A stretch of 64,000 bases of DNA from Nitrosopumilus sp. (lineage in GTDB: Archaea; Thermoproteota; Nitrososphaeria; Nitrososphaerales; Nitrosopumilaceae), in NCBI GenBank assembly GCA_965207445.1, contig CBDBLX010000002.1, forward strand, positions 1,591,849 through 1,655,848. Reading direction: 5' to 3'. Shown here one piece after another: positions 20,700 through 31,799 of the stretch. Positions within the stretch are counted from its first letter, which is position 1, and each line of letters opens with the position of its first letter. A model generated the notes under the pieces. That model worked only from the letters and a program-made list of their open reading frames with translations. It ran no database searches and was not told the origin of the DNA. The position numbers and the translations under genes are program-made.

Positions 20700-22375
20700 T
20701 GTCACAGCACAAAGTCATTGCACATAGCGTTGCAAGTCAATCAAACAGCAGAAATGATGATGATGAAATACCAAAAGTGATCATAGGAATAGAGATACAC
20801 TGCCAAATGACCAGTTTAAATAGCAAGTTGTTTTGCCCTTGCAAATCAGACTATCGTAAGATGAGGCCAAATCAAAACATATGTCCAATATGTACAGGAT
20901 TACCAGGTACACTACCACTGCTCAACAAAAAAGCAATACACAAAGCAATGATGATTGCAATGGCTCTAAAATGTGCAATACCAGATAGAATATCATTTTT
21001 TAGAAAAAATTATTTTTACCCAGACTTGCCAAAAAACTTTCAGATAACGCAATTAAATATGAACGAGGATATCAGTATAGGGAATAGAGGTAAAATATCA
21101 GTTGATGGAAAAGAGATACGAATACGACGTATTCAGATCGAAGAAGACCCAGGACGACTGATATATGAAGGAGCGTCGTCTAAAAATACTATAACGCTTG
21201 TAGATTATAACAGAGCCGGCACTGCACTAGTTGAGATTGTAACAGAGCCGGACTTTGAGAGTCCACGACAAGTTAGGTTGTTTTTGCATATGTTATCAGA
21301 CATGTTAAAGAACTTGGAGGTATCTGATCCCACACTTGAAGGTGCCATGAGAGCAGATGCAAACGTGTCACTTGCAGGTAATAATAGAGTAGAGATCAAG
21401 AACATTAGTTCATTTCATGATTTGGAAAAAGCAGTGATCTTTGAGATTGCAAGGCAAGAGGCACAATACAGTAGAGGACACGATATTATACAAGAGACAC
21501 GACATTGGGATGCAAGTAGAAAGATAACCATACCAGCAAGACGAAAAGAAGAAGACATGGACTATAGATATCTGCCAGAAGCAGATATTCCGTGGATTGA
21601 GATCGATGCTGATACAATAAATTCATTAAAAGAAAAAATGCCAGAGAGCATATCAGAAAAGCTGGCAAGGTATACTCAAGAGTATGGTATGGCACCCCAA
21701 GTGGCAAAAGTATTGTCATCAGACAAGTTATACTCTGATCTGTTTGATGCAGCACGTAGCAATACAAACGCAAAAGAGCTTGCAAACATAATCACGACTG
21801 ACTTGATTGGTATGATAGAAGTTCAAAGACGTAAAAAAATAGATGGATTAGATGATTTTGGTGGTGGTGAGATGGTCGATAAAGCAGGAGGTGATGACGA
21901 TGGGATGGTCGATAAAGCAGGAGGTGATGACGATGGGATGGTCGATAAAGCAGGAGGTGATGACGATGGGATGGTCGATAAAGCAGGAGGTGATGACGAT
22001 GGGATGAACTATGAGGATGAAATGAGCAATAATATACCAATTACACCGCCTAATCTGCAAAAGTTAGCAGATGCCGTCACGACAGGTGAGATTGCACGCA
22101 ACTCTGCAAAACAGATACTATATGATATGATCAAGACAAAAAAGAGTTTTGAGGATACAATAACGAACATGGAAACAGGTAAAATAACAGGCTCAACGGA
22201 GTTGGAAAATATAGTAAAACAAGTAATTGCACAAGAAACAGAAGCAGTCAAACAAGCAGCAACAAATCCAAATACGATAAACTATCTAGTAGGTAAAATA
22301 ATGCAAAAGACAAGAGGTAGAGCTGACCCACAAATTACAATGAAAATACTCAAAGAGCAGATACAAAAAAAATAA
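20699..22375 (+). CDS. gatB: Amidotransferase subunit B with acidic tandem-repeat insertion
   Basis: IGIEIHCQ, RKNYFYPDLPK, DYNRAG, DYRYLPE. Confidence 0.95.
   Translation: MSQHKVIAHSVASQSNSRNDDDEIPKVIIGIEIHCQMTSLNSKLFCPCKSDYRKMRPNQNICPICTGLPGTLPLLNKKAIHKAMMIAMALKCAIPDRISFFRKNYFYPDLPKNFQITQLNMNEDISIGNRGKISVDGKEIRIRRIQIEEDPGRLIYEGASSKNTITLVDYNRAGTALVEIVTEPDFESPRQVRLFLHMLSDMLKNLEVSDPTLEGAMRADANVSLAGNNRVEIKNISSFHDLEKAVIFEIARQEAQYSRGHDIIQETRHWDASRKITIPARRKEEDMDYRYLPEADIPWIEIDADTINSLKEKMPESISEKLARYTQEYGMAPQVAKVLSSDKLYSDLFDAARSNTNAKELANIITTDLIGMIEVQRRKKIDGLDDFGGGEMVDKAGGDDDGMVDKAGGDDDGMVDKAGGDDDGMVDKAGGDDDGMNYEDEMSNNIPITPPNLQKLADAVTTGEIARNSAKQILYDMIKTKKSFEDTITNMETGKITGSTELENIVKQVIAQETEAVKQAATNPNTINYLVGKIMQKTRGRADPQITMKILKEQIQKK
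21871..22006 (+). repeat. 4 x 33-bp perfect in-frame tandem repeat (MVDKAGGDDDG)
   Basis: Unit GATGGTCGATAAAGCAGGAGGTGATGACGATGG. Confidence 0.95.
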
Positions 22376-22648
22376 GATATTATATAATATTACAAGCATG
22401 CAAATTATACCACATATAGCGACGGACACAAGTTCCTGTACAGTAAATTTTTGTGATTTTGTGCCTGAAATAATCACATGTGGCAAAGTCCAATTGTGAA
22501 AACGTTACAGGAGAACATAATATGACTATTTTTATGTTCAAAATTATGGCAGTGTATTGCAATATACACGATCATACACCAAAGAATAGAATAAATTCAC
22601 AATAGAGATGAATTGCTACGATGTGTGCTTACACGTAGTGATAACCAT

Positions 22649-22990
22649 GTCAGTAGTTCGCAATGTACCAATTTTTAATGATCTTATTTTTAATTATGCA
22701 GTGCGACACATTTACTATGGCAAGTAACTACTATGTTTTAATTCCCATCAAAGCAATCTTCTGATCAATCCGGCAATTGAATCCATAAATCATCCATTGT
22801 GAATAATTTTCCACCTGCAAGTCCGTCGTAATTTTCGTACCTTGCCATTGTTTACAAGCCATACAACAACATTTCAAAAAAATATCAACACTAATCAGAC
22901 TTGCAAGGCGCTGCTAGTTGTTTTTGGAGTCGTGTTTTTTATCACCATATATTTCAGCTCTATTATCTAGTGTTTGCAACAAGTCTCTAG
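22649..22990 (-). mobile_element. ISH3-like right-end remnant
   Basis: Near-identical to 10623-10953. Confidence 0.8.
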
Positions 22991-23063
22991 GACGGTTTTG
23001 ATGTTTATTTTTATTAAATATTAATTTTAATGTATTAATTTTAATATATTAAAATAGTATAAG

Positions 23064-24374
23064 TTAATGTTTGTAATTTTTGTGTGTGGATGATCGTCGC
23101 TTTCTTTTCTTTTTTAAATAATCTGCAACCATTGGAATAAATGCACCCACATCAGATACAATTCCAAGTGCCTGCCACGTACCACGGTCCATAAGTTTGG
23201 TGACAGTAGGCTGATTGATATCCACAACTATTACCTTTACATCTGCAGGGATCATATTACCAGTTGCAATAGAGTGAAGCATAGTTGAGATCATTATAAC
23301 CATTTTAGCGTCACGTAATACTTTTTTGTACTCTCGTTGAGCTTGAACAACATCAGTAATCACATCAGGCAGTGGACCGTCATCTCTAATTGAGCCTGCC
23401 AACACAAACGGTACATTATTTTTAACACACTCATACATAATCCCACTATGTAGTATGTCCTTTTTTACCATATCACGTATAGAACCTGCTTTGAATACTT
23501 CGTTTATTGCATCCATGTGATTTCGGTGTCCTTTTGGTGCAAGTGTTGCATCATGTACATGCATTCCAAGTGAGGTGCCAAGTAAGGCGTGTTCTATATC
23601 ATGAACAGCAAGTGCATTTCCTGCAAGAATACCATCAATATAGCCATCTTTTATCATACCAGACAATGCACTAGCAGAGCCCGTGTGGACAATTGCAGGA
23701 CCACCCACTACGACGATCTTGCCTCCATTTGACTTTGTTTTGTATATGTCATCTGCAACTTTTTTGGCAATATGTTGTGTAGGGCGTTCACTAGAACTAG
23801 AACTTGCCATAAACTCAAAGACACTACTTCCCTCCCTAGGACGCTCCGGAGGCATCACATGTACACCATTGTCACCTACGACAATCTTGTCACCTCGTTT
23901 AACATCACGGATTGGGGTACAAAATGCACGATTATCACGTACAATGATACACTTGTCCATCATCATATTCTCAACATCTATCCATTTGTTATTATGATAT
24001 ATGCGAGTACGATTGTTAGTAGAGCTGTAAAACCCATCAGGCATAACACAGTTTTTGGGGGCGCGTCTCAACAAAACAGTAGATTGTCTAGTAGATACTG
24101 CACCTATACGGTACAAAGAATCCAACAGTGTGTCAAGATCTTTTTGGTTCTTTGCAGATACAGATAGTTTAGCAACAGACGGATCATTTTTCTTTTTACC
24201 TATCTCAAAGTTCAAAAATTCAAACTCACAGTGCATATCCATAATGGTCTCTAAGATCTTGCTGAGGATTAACGAGTCTACAAGATGCCCATGCACTTCA
24301 ATCTCCTGAGAGTAAGGTTGTGCATTAGATGATGATTTAGTATTCAATGCCACCTCTATATCACACCATATCAT
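23064..24374 (-). CDS. TIGR00300-family protein (ornithine cyclodeaminase-type, LOR/SDH-related)
   Basis: GHLVDS, MPDGFYSSTN, GNALAVHDIE, LAGSIRDDGPLP; true start may be slightly downstream. Confidence 0.85.
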   Translation of the reverse strand: MIWCDIEVALNTKSSSNAQPYSQEIEVHGHLVDSLILSKILETIMDMHCEFEFLNFEIGKKKNDPSVAKLSVSAKNQKDLDTLLDSLYRIGAVSTRQSTVLLRRAPKNCVMPDGFYSSTNNRTRIYHNNKWIDVENMMMDKCIIVRDNRAFCTPIRDVKRGDKIVVGDNGVHVMPPERPREGSSVFEFMASSSSSERPTQHIAKKVADDIYKTKSNGGKIVVVGGPAIVHTGSASALSGMIKDGYIDGILAGNALAVHDIEHALLGTSLGMHVHDATLAPKGHRNHMDAINEVFKAGSIRDMVKKDILHSGIMYECVKNNVPFVLAGSIRDDGPLPDVITDVVQAQREYKKVLRDAKMVIMISTMLHSIATGNMIPADVKVIVVDINQPTVTKLMDRGTWQALGIVSDVGAFIPMVADYLKKKRKRRSSTHKNYKH

Positions 24375-24394
24375 AAACTAAGCGATCACACAGT

Positions 24395-24742
24395 TCATGC
24401 AGGGAGCACAACATGTCCATTGAACTTTTCTATATTGTCTGCAACGAGTTGTTTTTCAATTAGTTCTGCTTGTTCTGGTGTAACACCTTGAACAATAGAT
24501 TTTGAGATGCCAGTCTTGTCAACTAGTGCTAGTATGTACCCACTTGTATCAGTTAACACAAATCCTTGTGACTCGTTAACAAATGCATACAAATTCTCTT
24601 TGCCCACAGGCTCCCAGTTGTTAGAATCAGGCTGTGCTAGTGCCATTGCAGGCATTGCTTTTCCACCAGTTAGTTTATCCAGATATGCACGTGCCTCTGC
24701 CACACGACGTTGGCCCTCTTTGAGTGCGCTAAAATACTGCAT
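24395..24742 (-). CDS. Hypothetical protein
   Basis: Clean ORF with globular composition, co-oriented with the TIGR00300 gene. Confidence 0.7.
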   Translation of the reverse strand: MQYFSALKEGQRRVAEARAYLDKLTGGKAMPAMALAQPDSNNWEPVGKENLYAFVNESQGFVLTDTSGYILALVDKTGISKSIVQGVTPEQAELIEKQLVADNIEKFNGHVVLPA

Positions 24743-24821
24743 AAAAAATACACAACACATACAGTATAAAAATAATCCCTAATTCATAGTAATGTTAGAT
24801 TATGAATGTCAACAGAATAAA

Positions 24822-24901
24822 GTAACCGTTCAATCTTTTTCTAAATTTAGGCACAGTTCACCGCCTAACGTCGGGCACAGGTATAAAGATTGAACGGTTA
24901 C
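24822..24901. mobile_element. 80-bp MITE with 17-bp perfect TIR
   Basis: GTAACCGTTCAATCTTT ... AAAGATTGAACGGTTAC. Confidence 0.85.
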
Positions 24902-25047
24902 GAGTGTATTTGCAGACGGTGTACGTCCTGATGCCCCATTGCTAGATGAACATAAGTTAAACGATTACGTGTGTATTTGCAGACGGTGTACGAGTAGTTT
25001 CGTCTTCTACCGTAACCGGATTAGAGGATCACTCAATTGTGAATACG

Positions 25048-26124
25048 TTAGTTTAATTTGTCATATGGTCCTAAAAATCGCTCACCATCAAAGTGTATCA
25101 TGTGATCTGGATTGTCAGCAATCCAAACCTCAGTCTCCCAGGATATATCGGTAACGTATTTTTTCATTGCAACTCTGTTAATAAAGGCAGTAACATATAC
25201 AATTCCTGAATTCAGATTGGCAAATAATTTACCTAGTTCGGCTCGTCTCTTTGCATTCATTGGACCATGACTAGTTACAGCCTCAATGAGAAAGAGTCAA
25301 TTACGCTTCACATCATATACAATTACATCAGGGATTTTACCGTGTTCATCAAGTTTAATGTCAAGATCGGCAAATCCTGACTTGTCAATATATGCAAAGT
25401 TTTTTGCCGTATCACCAACATATAATATTCTAGCATCTTGTATATGATGATTTGTGAAATCTCTACAAATGTGTCGTAAAAGTTTACCATGTTCACCAGG
25501 TGACATTTTCATCGATATTGTTGATGTGAGCTGAAAATGTATGGGCATATTGTGGAGTCCATCATTATTTACATCATTATTTACATCATTATTTACATCA
25601 TCTTCAATTAACAATGATGGTCGTTGTTGAAATTGAGACACATCATAAAGTCTAGCCTTATACTTTTTTTTATCATAATTATTTTGCAGTGGCGGATATA
25701 CTAAAAGATACTGCGCTAATTTTTTATTCCAATTTTTATTTTCATACGTTCTAAGAGTTACCAAGGCATCATTTGCTATCTGGTATACAGTCTTGTCACT
25801 ATTTGTTGGCCTATTAGGGTCATCCGGATTTACCAATACAAGTTTTGCTTGAACAAATTGATGCACGGTATTTCGTCTTACTGTCTCGCGTGTATTTGGT
25901 GCATATTTTTTACCATATTGTGTAGAAAAAAACTCCATCATTGGAGTTATTCCGCATAATGGTGCTGTAGCATTACTCCACGGATCGGATGGTTTTAGTT
26001 TTAACAATGCAAGCAACGTAAGCGCCGAACGTATGTTTTGCTGTTTTTTTGGAAATCCCAATTGCTTTAATACATCTTGAGCTTCAATAATTTTTTGATT
26101 ATTGTCTATAGACATATCAGTCAC
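25048..26124 (-). pseudogene. BsuBI/PstI-family type II restriction endonuclease with one in-frame nonsense codon
   Basis: [44 protein letters not shown] at 25297-25299. Confidence 0.88.
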
Positions 26125-27701
26125 CGAAATACTATTTTTTCTATTAAATCATTAATTTCATCTTGCAACAGACCACTCTCATATTTTTTACCAAGTCTTT
26201 TGAGTTTGTCAATTGACGGGTATCTTAAATACTCTAAATCAGTTGCGTTGACTTGCGTACTACCATTGAACTGTCTAAAATACAAATCCACCAGAGTGCT
26301 ATTAAGAAATAGAGACATTCCTTTTGCAATATTATCTTTCAATCCTTTTCCACAATTATGAAAATAGTTTATACGATTTTCAAATCCAACCAAATCAGAC
26401 TGATGTGTATTTTCAGACCATACAGCTGCAACAACTCTCCTTTGCTGTTCTTTTGTGGTAAATCGTTTTACCAACACATAACTACCACCATCATTATTTG
26501 ACACAAGTAAATTCTTTGCAAATTCCACATCAATACGTATAAAATTATGATGTTTTTTGTGTATTATGGGAAATTGTATCTTTCCATCAATTATAATATT
26601 AAACGGTCTTACTAGAGGTGCTGTAATTGATTTTTTTTCTTCAAATAAAAGTGCCTCTCGAATCCTAAAATCAACAACTTTGCCCGTAGACACACTAATA
26701 CCAAGATCATTTAATGTATACTTCAAGTCATTTCTCATACGCGTTGATATTAAGGATCCATGTTTGTCTGAAATAATATGGATAAATTTTTTGGAGTCAT
26801 GTGGAATAAGTAATTCAGACAACCTTGCTTTCCGTTGAATCATATTGACACCAGGAGTACTGCTAGAAGACACAACAACCATCTGTCCATTATCTGGCAT
26901 GTTCCAACGCAATCCTTTTTTCTTCTTTTGTACAGAAACTATCACATTCTCCTGCAATACATCATCATCTGCAAACGATGCGGTTCTAGAATCAAACAGG
27001 TGTATTTTTTTCAAATACATCATATCAAAAAGTTCGCTACGAAACTTGTGAAAATATACTCCATTACAGAAACTCCTCGGAGTTATGAATACTAGTTGAC
27101 CCAATGGTTCCATCAGACGCATTGAAATGCTCACAAAGGCAACATATTGGTTGATTGCAGGTATACCTTTTTGAGATAGTAATTCATGTATATCTGATCC
27201 ATTTTTTATTTTGCCATATGGTGGATTTGTAATTACATGAGTGAATCCCTCACATGGGTCATTTTTTTGCGTTGGTGTCAGAGAGGAAGCATTACAATAT
27301 TCTATAATATAATCCTCATTTTTAATTTTATATGAAAAATCAATTCCATGTAAATTGCACTGTTTATGAGCCATTTTTGTCACATTTGTAAGATGATCAA
27401 TTAAACTTTTATCTTTTTCATACAAAACAACTGAAATACTTTGAGGCTTTTGCCCATCAGGTATCATACAAATATTATCAATACATGCAGACATTAAAGA
27501 ACCTATTCCTGCACCCGGATCTAATAGATTTATATGTTCACTATTATTATATAACATCATATTAGCCATAAAACGTGCAATTGGCGCACGTGTAAAATAT
27601 TGTTCCATCTGTTTCTGTTTTTTTAGTGTCTTATGTGTGGCAATTCGTATAGAATCGGCATATTCTAAAAGTGAAATATTAGGGGTTTGTACAAGTGCCA
27701 T
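26121..27701 (-). CDS. N6-adenine DNA methyltransferase (BsuBI/PstI-like)
   Basis: LDPGAGIG, ITNPPY, TGKVVDFR, FNGSTQVNATDL. Confidence 0.9.
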   Translation of the reverse strand: MALVQTPNISLLEYADSIRIATHKTLKKQKQMEQYFTRAPIARFMANMMLYNNSEHINLLDPGAGIGSLMSACIDNICMIPDGQKPQSISVVLYEKDKSLIDHLTNVTKMAHKQCNLHGIDFSYKIKNEDYIIEYCNASSLTPTQKNDPCEGFTHVITNPPYGKIKNGSDIHELLSQKGIPAINQYVAFVSISMRLMEPLGQLVFITPRSFCNGVYFHKFRSELFDMMYLKKIHLFDSRTASFADDDVLQENVIVSVQKKKKGLRWNMPDNGQMVVVSSSSTPGVNMIQRKARLSELLIPHDSKKFIHIISDKHGSLISTRMRNDLKYTLNDLGISVSTGKVVDFRIREALLFEEKKSITAPLVRPFNIIIDGKIQFPIIHKKHHNFIRIDVEFAKNLLVSNNDGGSYVLVKRFTTKEQQRRVVAAVWSENTHQSDLVGFENRINYFHNCGKGLKDNIAKGMSLFLNSTLVDLYFRQFNGSTQVNATDLEYLRYPSIDKLKRLGKKYESGLLQDEINDLIEKIVFR

Positions 27702-27703
27702 CT

Positions 27704-28057
27704 TTATTCACATTTGTTGAGAAATTTAATTATTCGTTTATTAGCATCAGGTAATTGCATAGGTACAGGAACACCACCCATTTCAGTTGCGCTGTGACTA
27801 GTTAGTAACCATTGACCAACACCGAACTGAATGGATTCTTGTATTGTTTCATCTGACAAACCAAATGCTTCTTGAATTCTGTCTCTATCTGTTGCGCGTG
27901 GTAGTTTGCTTACAAAGTATGTATGGGGTTGCCCAAGTAGGTTCATATTAAGATAAATTATGCGTTGTGTTGCTATTCCTATACCCAACTCATATTTTCT
28001 ACCACGCCATGCAAGTTGCTCAACAGTGTGCTTGGATTCTCGCATACCATATTGTTT
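27704..28057 (-). pseudogene. HerA/FtsK-like ATPase C-terminal fragment truncated by a MITE
   Basis: RGRKYELGIGIATQR arginine-finger/sensor motif. Confidence 0.65.
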
Positions 28058-28205
28058 GTGTGAACCAAGCTTTATGACGGATATAATCATTCAAAATAAC
28101 TACTAGCCAGATGCATCGCATGTACAATACTCGACATGCAGACAGGGATGTGACAAAATACAAGCATATAATTTCATTATTGTGTCCAAAGAGCTTGGTT
28201 CACAC
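28058..28205. mobile_element. 148-bp MITE (GTGTGAACCAAGCT family)
   Basis: TIR GTGTGAACCAAGCT / AGCTTGGTTCACAC. Confidence 0.85.
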
Positions 28206-28370
28206 TAAAATTGCAAAGACAGACTACACTAGATGTGGTTAGAAACAGGGTCTTCCGTGATAGATTTTTTAAGTAATCACTTTTTTGTTTTTGTTATTGT
28301 CTTTAAATTATACTTTTGTAGACATGTCCCATGATCACAGATTTATTAGTAAGGGCAATTTAAAATTAAC

Positions 28371-28715
28371 ATGTCCCAATTACAACATTATCAATCACAA
28401 CAACGTTCATACCAACCTCTCAAACAGACGAATGTTACCTCTCAACAGTGGTACGAAACATTCCAAGAGACGTTTTCCGAAATACAAATCAAATCAATTA
28501 AAAAACGTACCGACTCCGAAGATCAAAGTCATGTTATAAAATTTGCGTTTAAACCCGTCTACGTGACGGAAAGAGGGGGTAAATCCATATTGATGTACGA
28601 TTCACGTATGATGAAAAATGGCGAAAAGTACTTTGTGATGTGGAATGACAATCCACTTGCATTAGTTAAAGAAGGCGATAATGTAATAATTTATGAAGGG
28701 GAAATTATTTCATGA
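28371..28715 (+). CDS. Hypothetical protein
   Basis: ORF overlapping the next gene by ATGA. Confidence 0.55.
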   Translation: MSQLQHYQSQQRSYQPLKQTNVTSQQWYETFQETFSEIQIKSIKKRTDSEDQSHVIKFAFKPVYVTERGGKSILMYDSRMMKNGEKYFVMWNDNPLALVKEGDNVIIYEGEIIS

Positions 28716-28891
28716 TAGAGGAGTTTGAAGTGTCCATGTGGGAAATGAAAATTAAATTTAAACAGCGTAACGTGGCACCAGCAATCTTAAAATCTTGTGA
28801 ACATGCATTACTTAATGAAGGGTTTTTGAGAAAACGAAAGTTGTCTGTCCATTATGATCTAAATGATAAAATGAACGTCGAGGAAATTTAG
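28712..28891 (+). CDS. 59-aa hypothetical protein (not in ORF track)
   Basis: MIEEFEVSMW...MNVEEI*; ATGA-coupled to the upstream gene. Confidence 0.5.
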   Translation: MIEEFEVSMWEMKIKFKQRNVAPAILKSCEHALLNEGFLRKRKLSVHYDLNDKMNVEEI

Positions 28892-28900
28892 GTGTGCGTA

Positions 28901-29362
28901 ATGACCATTCCACTAGAAGAAATTTACAAGGAGGTTAAAGATATGAATTACATAATAGTCAATCCACGACATACACCTGTACCAAGTTTTTACAAGCTCG
29001 ATGACGGGACGATGTTGGGCATTTTAACCCGCATAAACCACCTTATTCCAAATCCTATGAATACTAACGACATATCAACAAATCTAAGTACACAGGTGTT
29101 TGCATTTGTTCCAGAGAATAAAAGAAATCCAAATGGCAAACAAGAAGGTTCAGGTGTTAGTGTGACAATAATTGAGGAGGATGTCGAGTATGAAACATTA
29201 AAAGAGGATTTTAACACATATGACTTAAGCAATGACATAGTACTCAGCTTAAAAACGGTACTTGGGCAAGTCCAAAAGACCGATATTCATACGAATATGG
29301 GCGAACCAATTTACAATATAAACAGTCAACCAGTAATCAAAATTAAAAAAAGTACTAAATAA
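28901..29362 (+). CDS. Hypothetical protein with internally duplicated domain
   Basis: YKLDDGTMLGIL and YDLSNDIVLSL repeats. Confidence 0.65.
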   Translation: MTIPLEEIYKEVKDMNYIIVNPRHTPVPSFYKLDDGTMLGILTRINHLIPNPMNTNDISTNLSTQVFAFVPENKRNPNGKQEGSGVSVTIIEEDVEYETLKEDFNTYDLSNDIVLSLKTVLGQVQKTDIHTNMGEPIYNINSQPVIKIKKSTK

Positions 29363-29634
29363 GATAATGTTGCAAATATGGACCAAAGTGGCATTTTGCT
29401 TACAACTGATCCCTACCACATGCCAGTGATACAATCATGGCCGTCATGATTGCCAAAAATACAAAAACACAAACTACACTCGATGCGACTAGAAATAAGA
29501 TCTTCCTTGGTATATTTTTCAAGAAATTACTTTTTTGTTTTTGTTATGGGTTTCAAATACATTGCCTTTGCCGGTGCACCCTTGCGCAGTCCAGTAATCG
29601 TTTTGTTGTCAATGTCTGCCTCAAACATGATTTC

Positions 29635-29782
29635 GTATGAACCAATCTCTTTGGACACAATAATGAAATTGCATACTTGTATTTTGTCACATCCCTGTCT
29701 GCATGTCAAGTATCGTGCATGTGATGCATTTGGCTAGTAGTTATTTTGAATGAGTATATCCGTCATGGAACTTGGTTCACAC
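29635..29782. mobile_element. 148-bp MITE (inverted relative to 28058); extra end fragment to 29841
   Basis: Sequence similarity and TIRs. Confidence 0.85.
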
Positions 29783-30125
29783 AATTTATGACTAAGAATT
29801 ATTTTCAAATGAGCATATCCATCACGGATCTTGGTTCACACCTCCGCCCTACAATGTAATTATTCATATGTCAACTGGTTCAGAATTATTTTAAGAGTGT
29901 AGAGTCCAAAGTATGACTCATCCATGCGGTCTTTTCATATCCGCATCTACTATACGCATATACTGTCTTGAGCAGGTTTCATCTCCATCGACGCGTATAA
30001 TTCCTGTGAGATGTGTTTTTCTACAAGTGATATATATGTTCACTAAGATGATATTTGTATTAATATGACCTTATTTAGGCACAATGCAGCAGGTGGAGAT
30101 GACATGTTACCAATTTACAATTTAC

Positions 30126-31112
30126 CTATGATCTTGAATCCTTTTCTCCTTCTTTTGCAGTATTTTTGTTAATTTTTGGATTGAGTGCATTTGCCAGATC
30201 ATTTTTTACAGTCTCGATCTGTTTTGTAAATATCTCATTAGTCTCTTTTTGTTTATTTACTAATTTGTTGATTTCGTAATTGATTTTGTGATTGATCTGT
30301 TGTTCTATATCTTCATCTAATTTTGAATCTGAACTAGAACGAATCTTACACTTTATTGAAAATAACACACGTAAAACAGCCTCTACACATATTGCAAATA
30401 TAACAAATGTTGCAATTTTGCCTAAAAATGGAACAAATCCATCTAACCGATCATAAAATTGATCTAGTGTAAATATGGACGTATTTACCAAAAATATACC
30501 CAAAAGTGCAAATGGTATCATTTTTGCCAAATCTTTTGATAAATCTTCTTTATAGTATGCTGCCATTCTAATAGCAATGACAAGTGAGATTACAACAAGA
30601 AATACAAAATCTTGTGGTATGTCAGGGGCCAAAAAGAACATGAATAGAGAATAGACAAAAAACCATGCAGTAATTATTAGAGGAAAGACAATTATGTATT
30701 TTGTGACATATGCGATAAATAATACAGTCTTTTTTTTACCAGAGTCATGACGATTTAAGTCAAGTGATATGATCTCTCTTCGTGAGATCAATCTGTAAAA
30801 ATGCCAAATAAACACCGAATACATGACAATACCTAGGGAAAAACTCAAAAGATCAATAGTAGACACATCATTACTAAAATCAATAGAAAATGTCTCTAAT
30901 AGTCTCTGAGGTGATTCAAATAAATCTAAGATTTGTTGTGTTGGAAGATCAAAATAATCACTAGTATCAGCAAGTTCCTGAGAGTATGCAAGTGGAGTCA
31001 TTGTAACACATAAAACAGCAAAAGAGCACAAACAGCACGCCAGCAAGTTATAGGTGTATGACTTTAATCTCAAACATTTCATAATCAAGATCAAAGTATT
31101 AAAGCACAACAC
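30126..31112 (-). CDS. Multi-pass membrane protein with C-terminal coiled coil
   Basis: Several TM helices; start uncertain. Confidence 0.7.
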   Translation of the reverse strand: MLCFNTLILIMKCLRLKSYTYNLLACCLCSFAVLCVTMTPLAYSQELADTSDYFDLPTQQILDLFESPQRLLETFSIDFSNDVSTIDLLSFSLGIVMYSVFIWHFYRLISRREIISLDLNRHDSGKKKTVLFIAYVTKYIIVFPLIITAWFFVYSLFMFFLAPDIPQDFVFLVVISLVIAIRMAAYYKEDLSKDLAKMIPFALLGIFLVNTSIFTLDQFYDRLDGFVPFLGKIATFVIFAICVEAVLRVLFSIKCKIRSSSDSKLDEDIEQQINHKINYEINKLVNKQKETNEIFTKQIETVKNDLANALNPKINKNTAKEGEKDSRS

Positions 31113-31330
31113 ATTATCTCTTAGTAAAACGGTAAAACCATCAACCTTGAAAAATTATACATTTGTAAATAATTTCACACCTGTATCGTCAATAATATTT
31201 AAAAAAAAGAGAATGCTCAATACTCCAAACTATCATAGCGATATTGCTCAGATGTAAATAAATAAATAATCAAATTATACAAAAAATCAATCAAGTTATG
31301 TTGTCCAAAACAATATAGCAAAAAACACAT

Positions 31331-31687
31331 CTATCGAGTATCTTTTATGGTAGATAATGTGCTTTTTGTCACACGTCCGATATCGCCAATAGTTAAACTA
31401 TTATATTTTTTCTCCAAATATCGCCCTGCCAGTATCATCGGCGCACCCACTGCAATAGTAGCGCCAGTGGGCTCTGGTATCCACAACATTATGAATCCAA
31501 TCTTTTGAATTCGTCTACCAGGTGCAGATACGTGTCGTAGATGGGTAAAAGAGCCATCAGTTGCAGTACCTTTCCCGACCTTTGCCACATCACCGTATAA
31601 TTTAGCACGCATATGAGTAGAATCAGAGATGTGTTTGAGTCGAGCAAGACGTTTTTGCAGACGCTCATCAATCATAGTTTCATGCAT
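31331..31687 (-). CDS. Hypothetical protein
   Basis: WIPEPTGATIAVGAPMILAG hydrophobic hairpin. Confidence 0.6.
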   Translation of the reverse strand: MHETMIDERLQKRLARLKHISDSTHMRAKLYGDVAKVGKGTATDGSFTHLRHVSAPGRRIQKIGFIMLWIPEPTGATIAVGAPMILAGRYLEKKYNSLTIGDIGRVTKSTLSTIKDTR

Positions 31688-31799
31688 ATGATTTAATCAC
31701 AAGGTAACTAGATAAACACAGCTAGTTTATTCATACACACACACATACATACAAACCAAAAACGCAACACCCAATTACCATATCATAACACCAATTACA

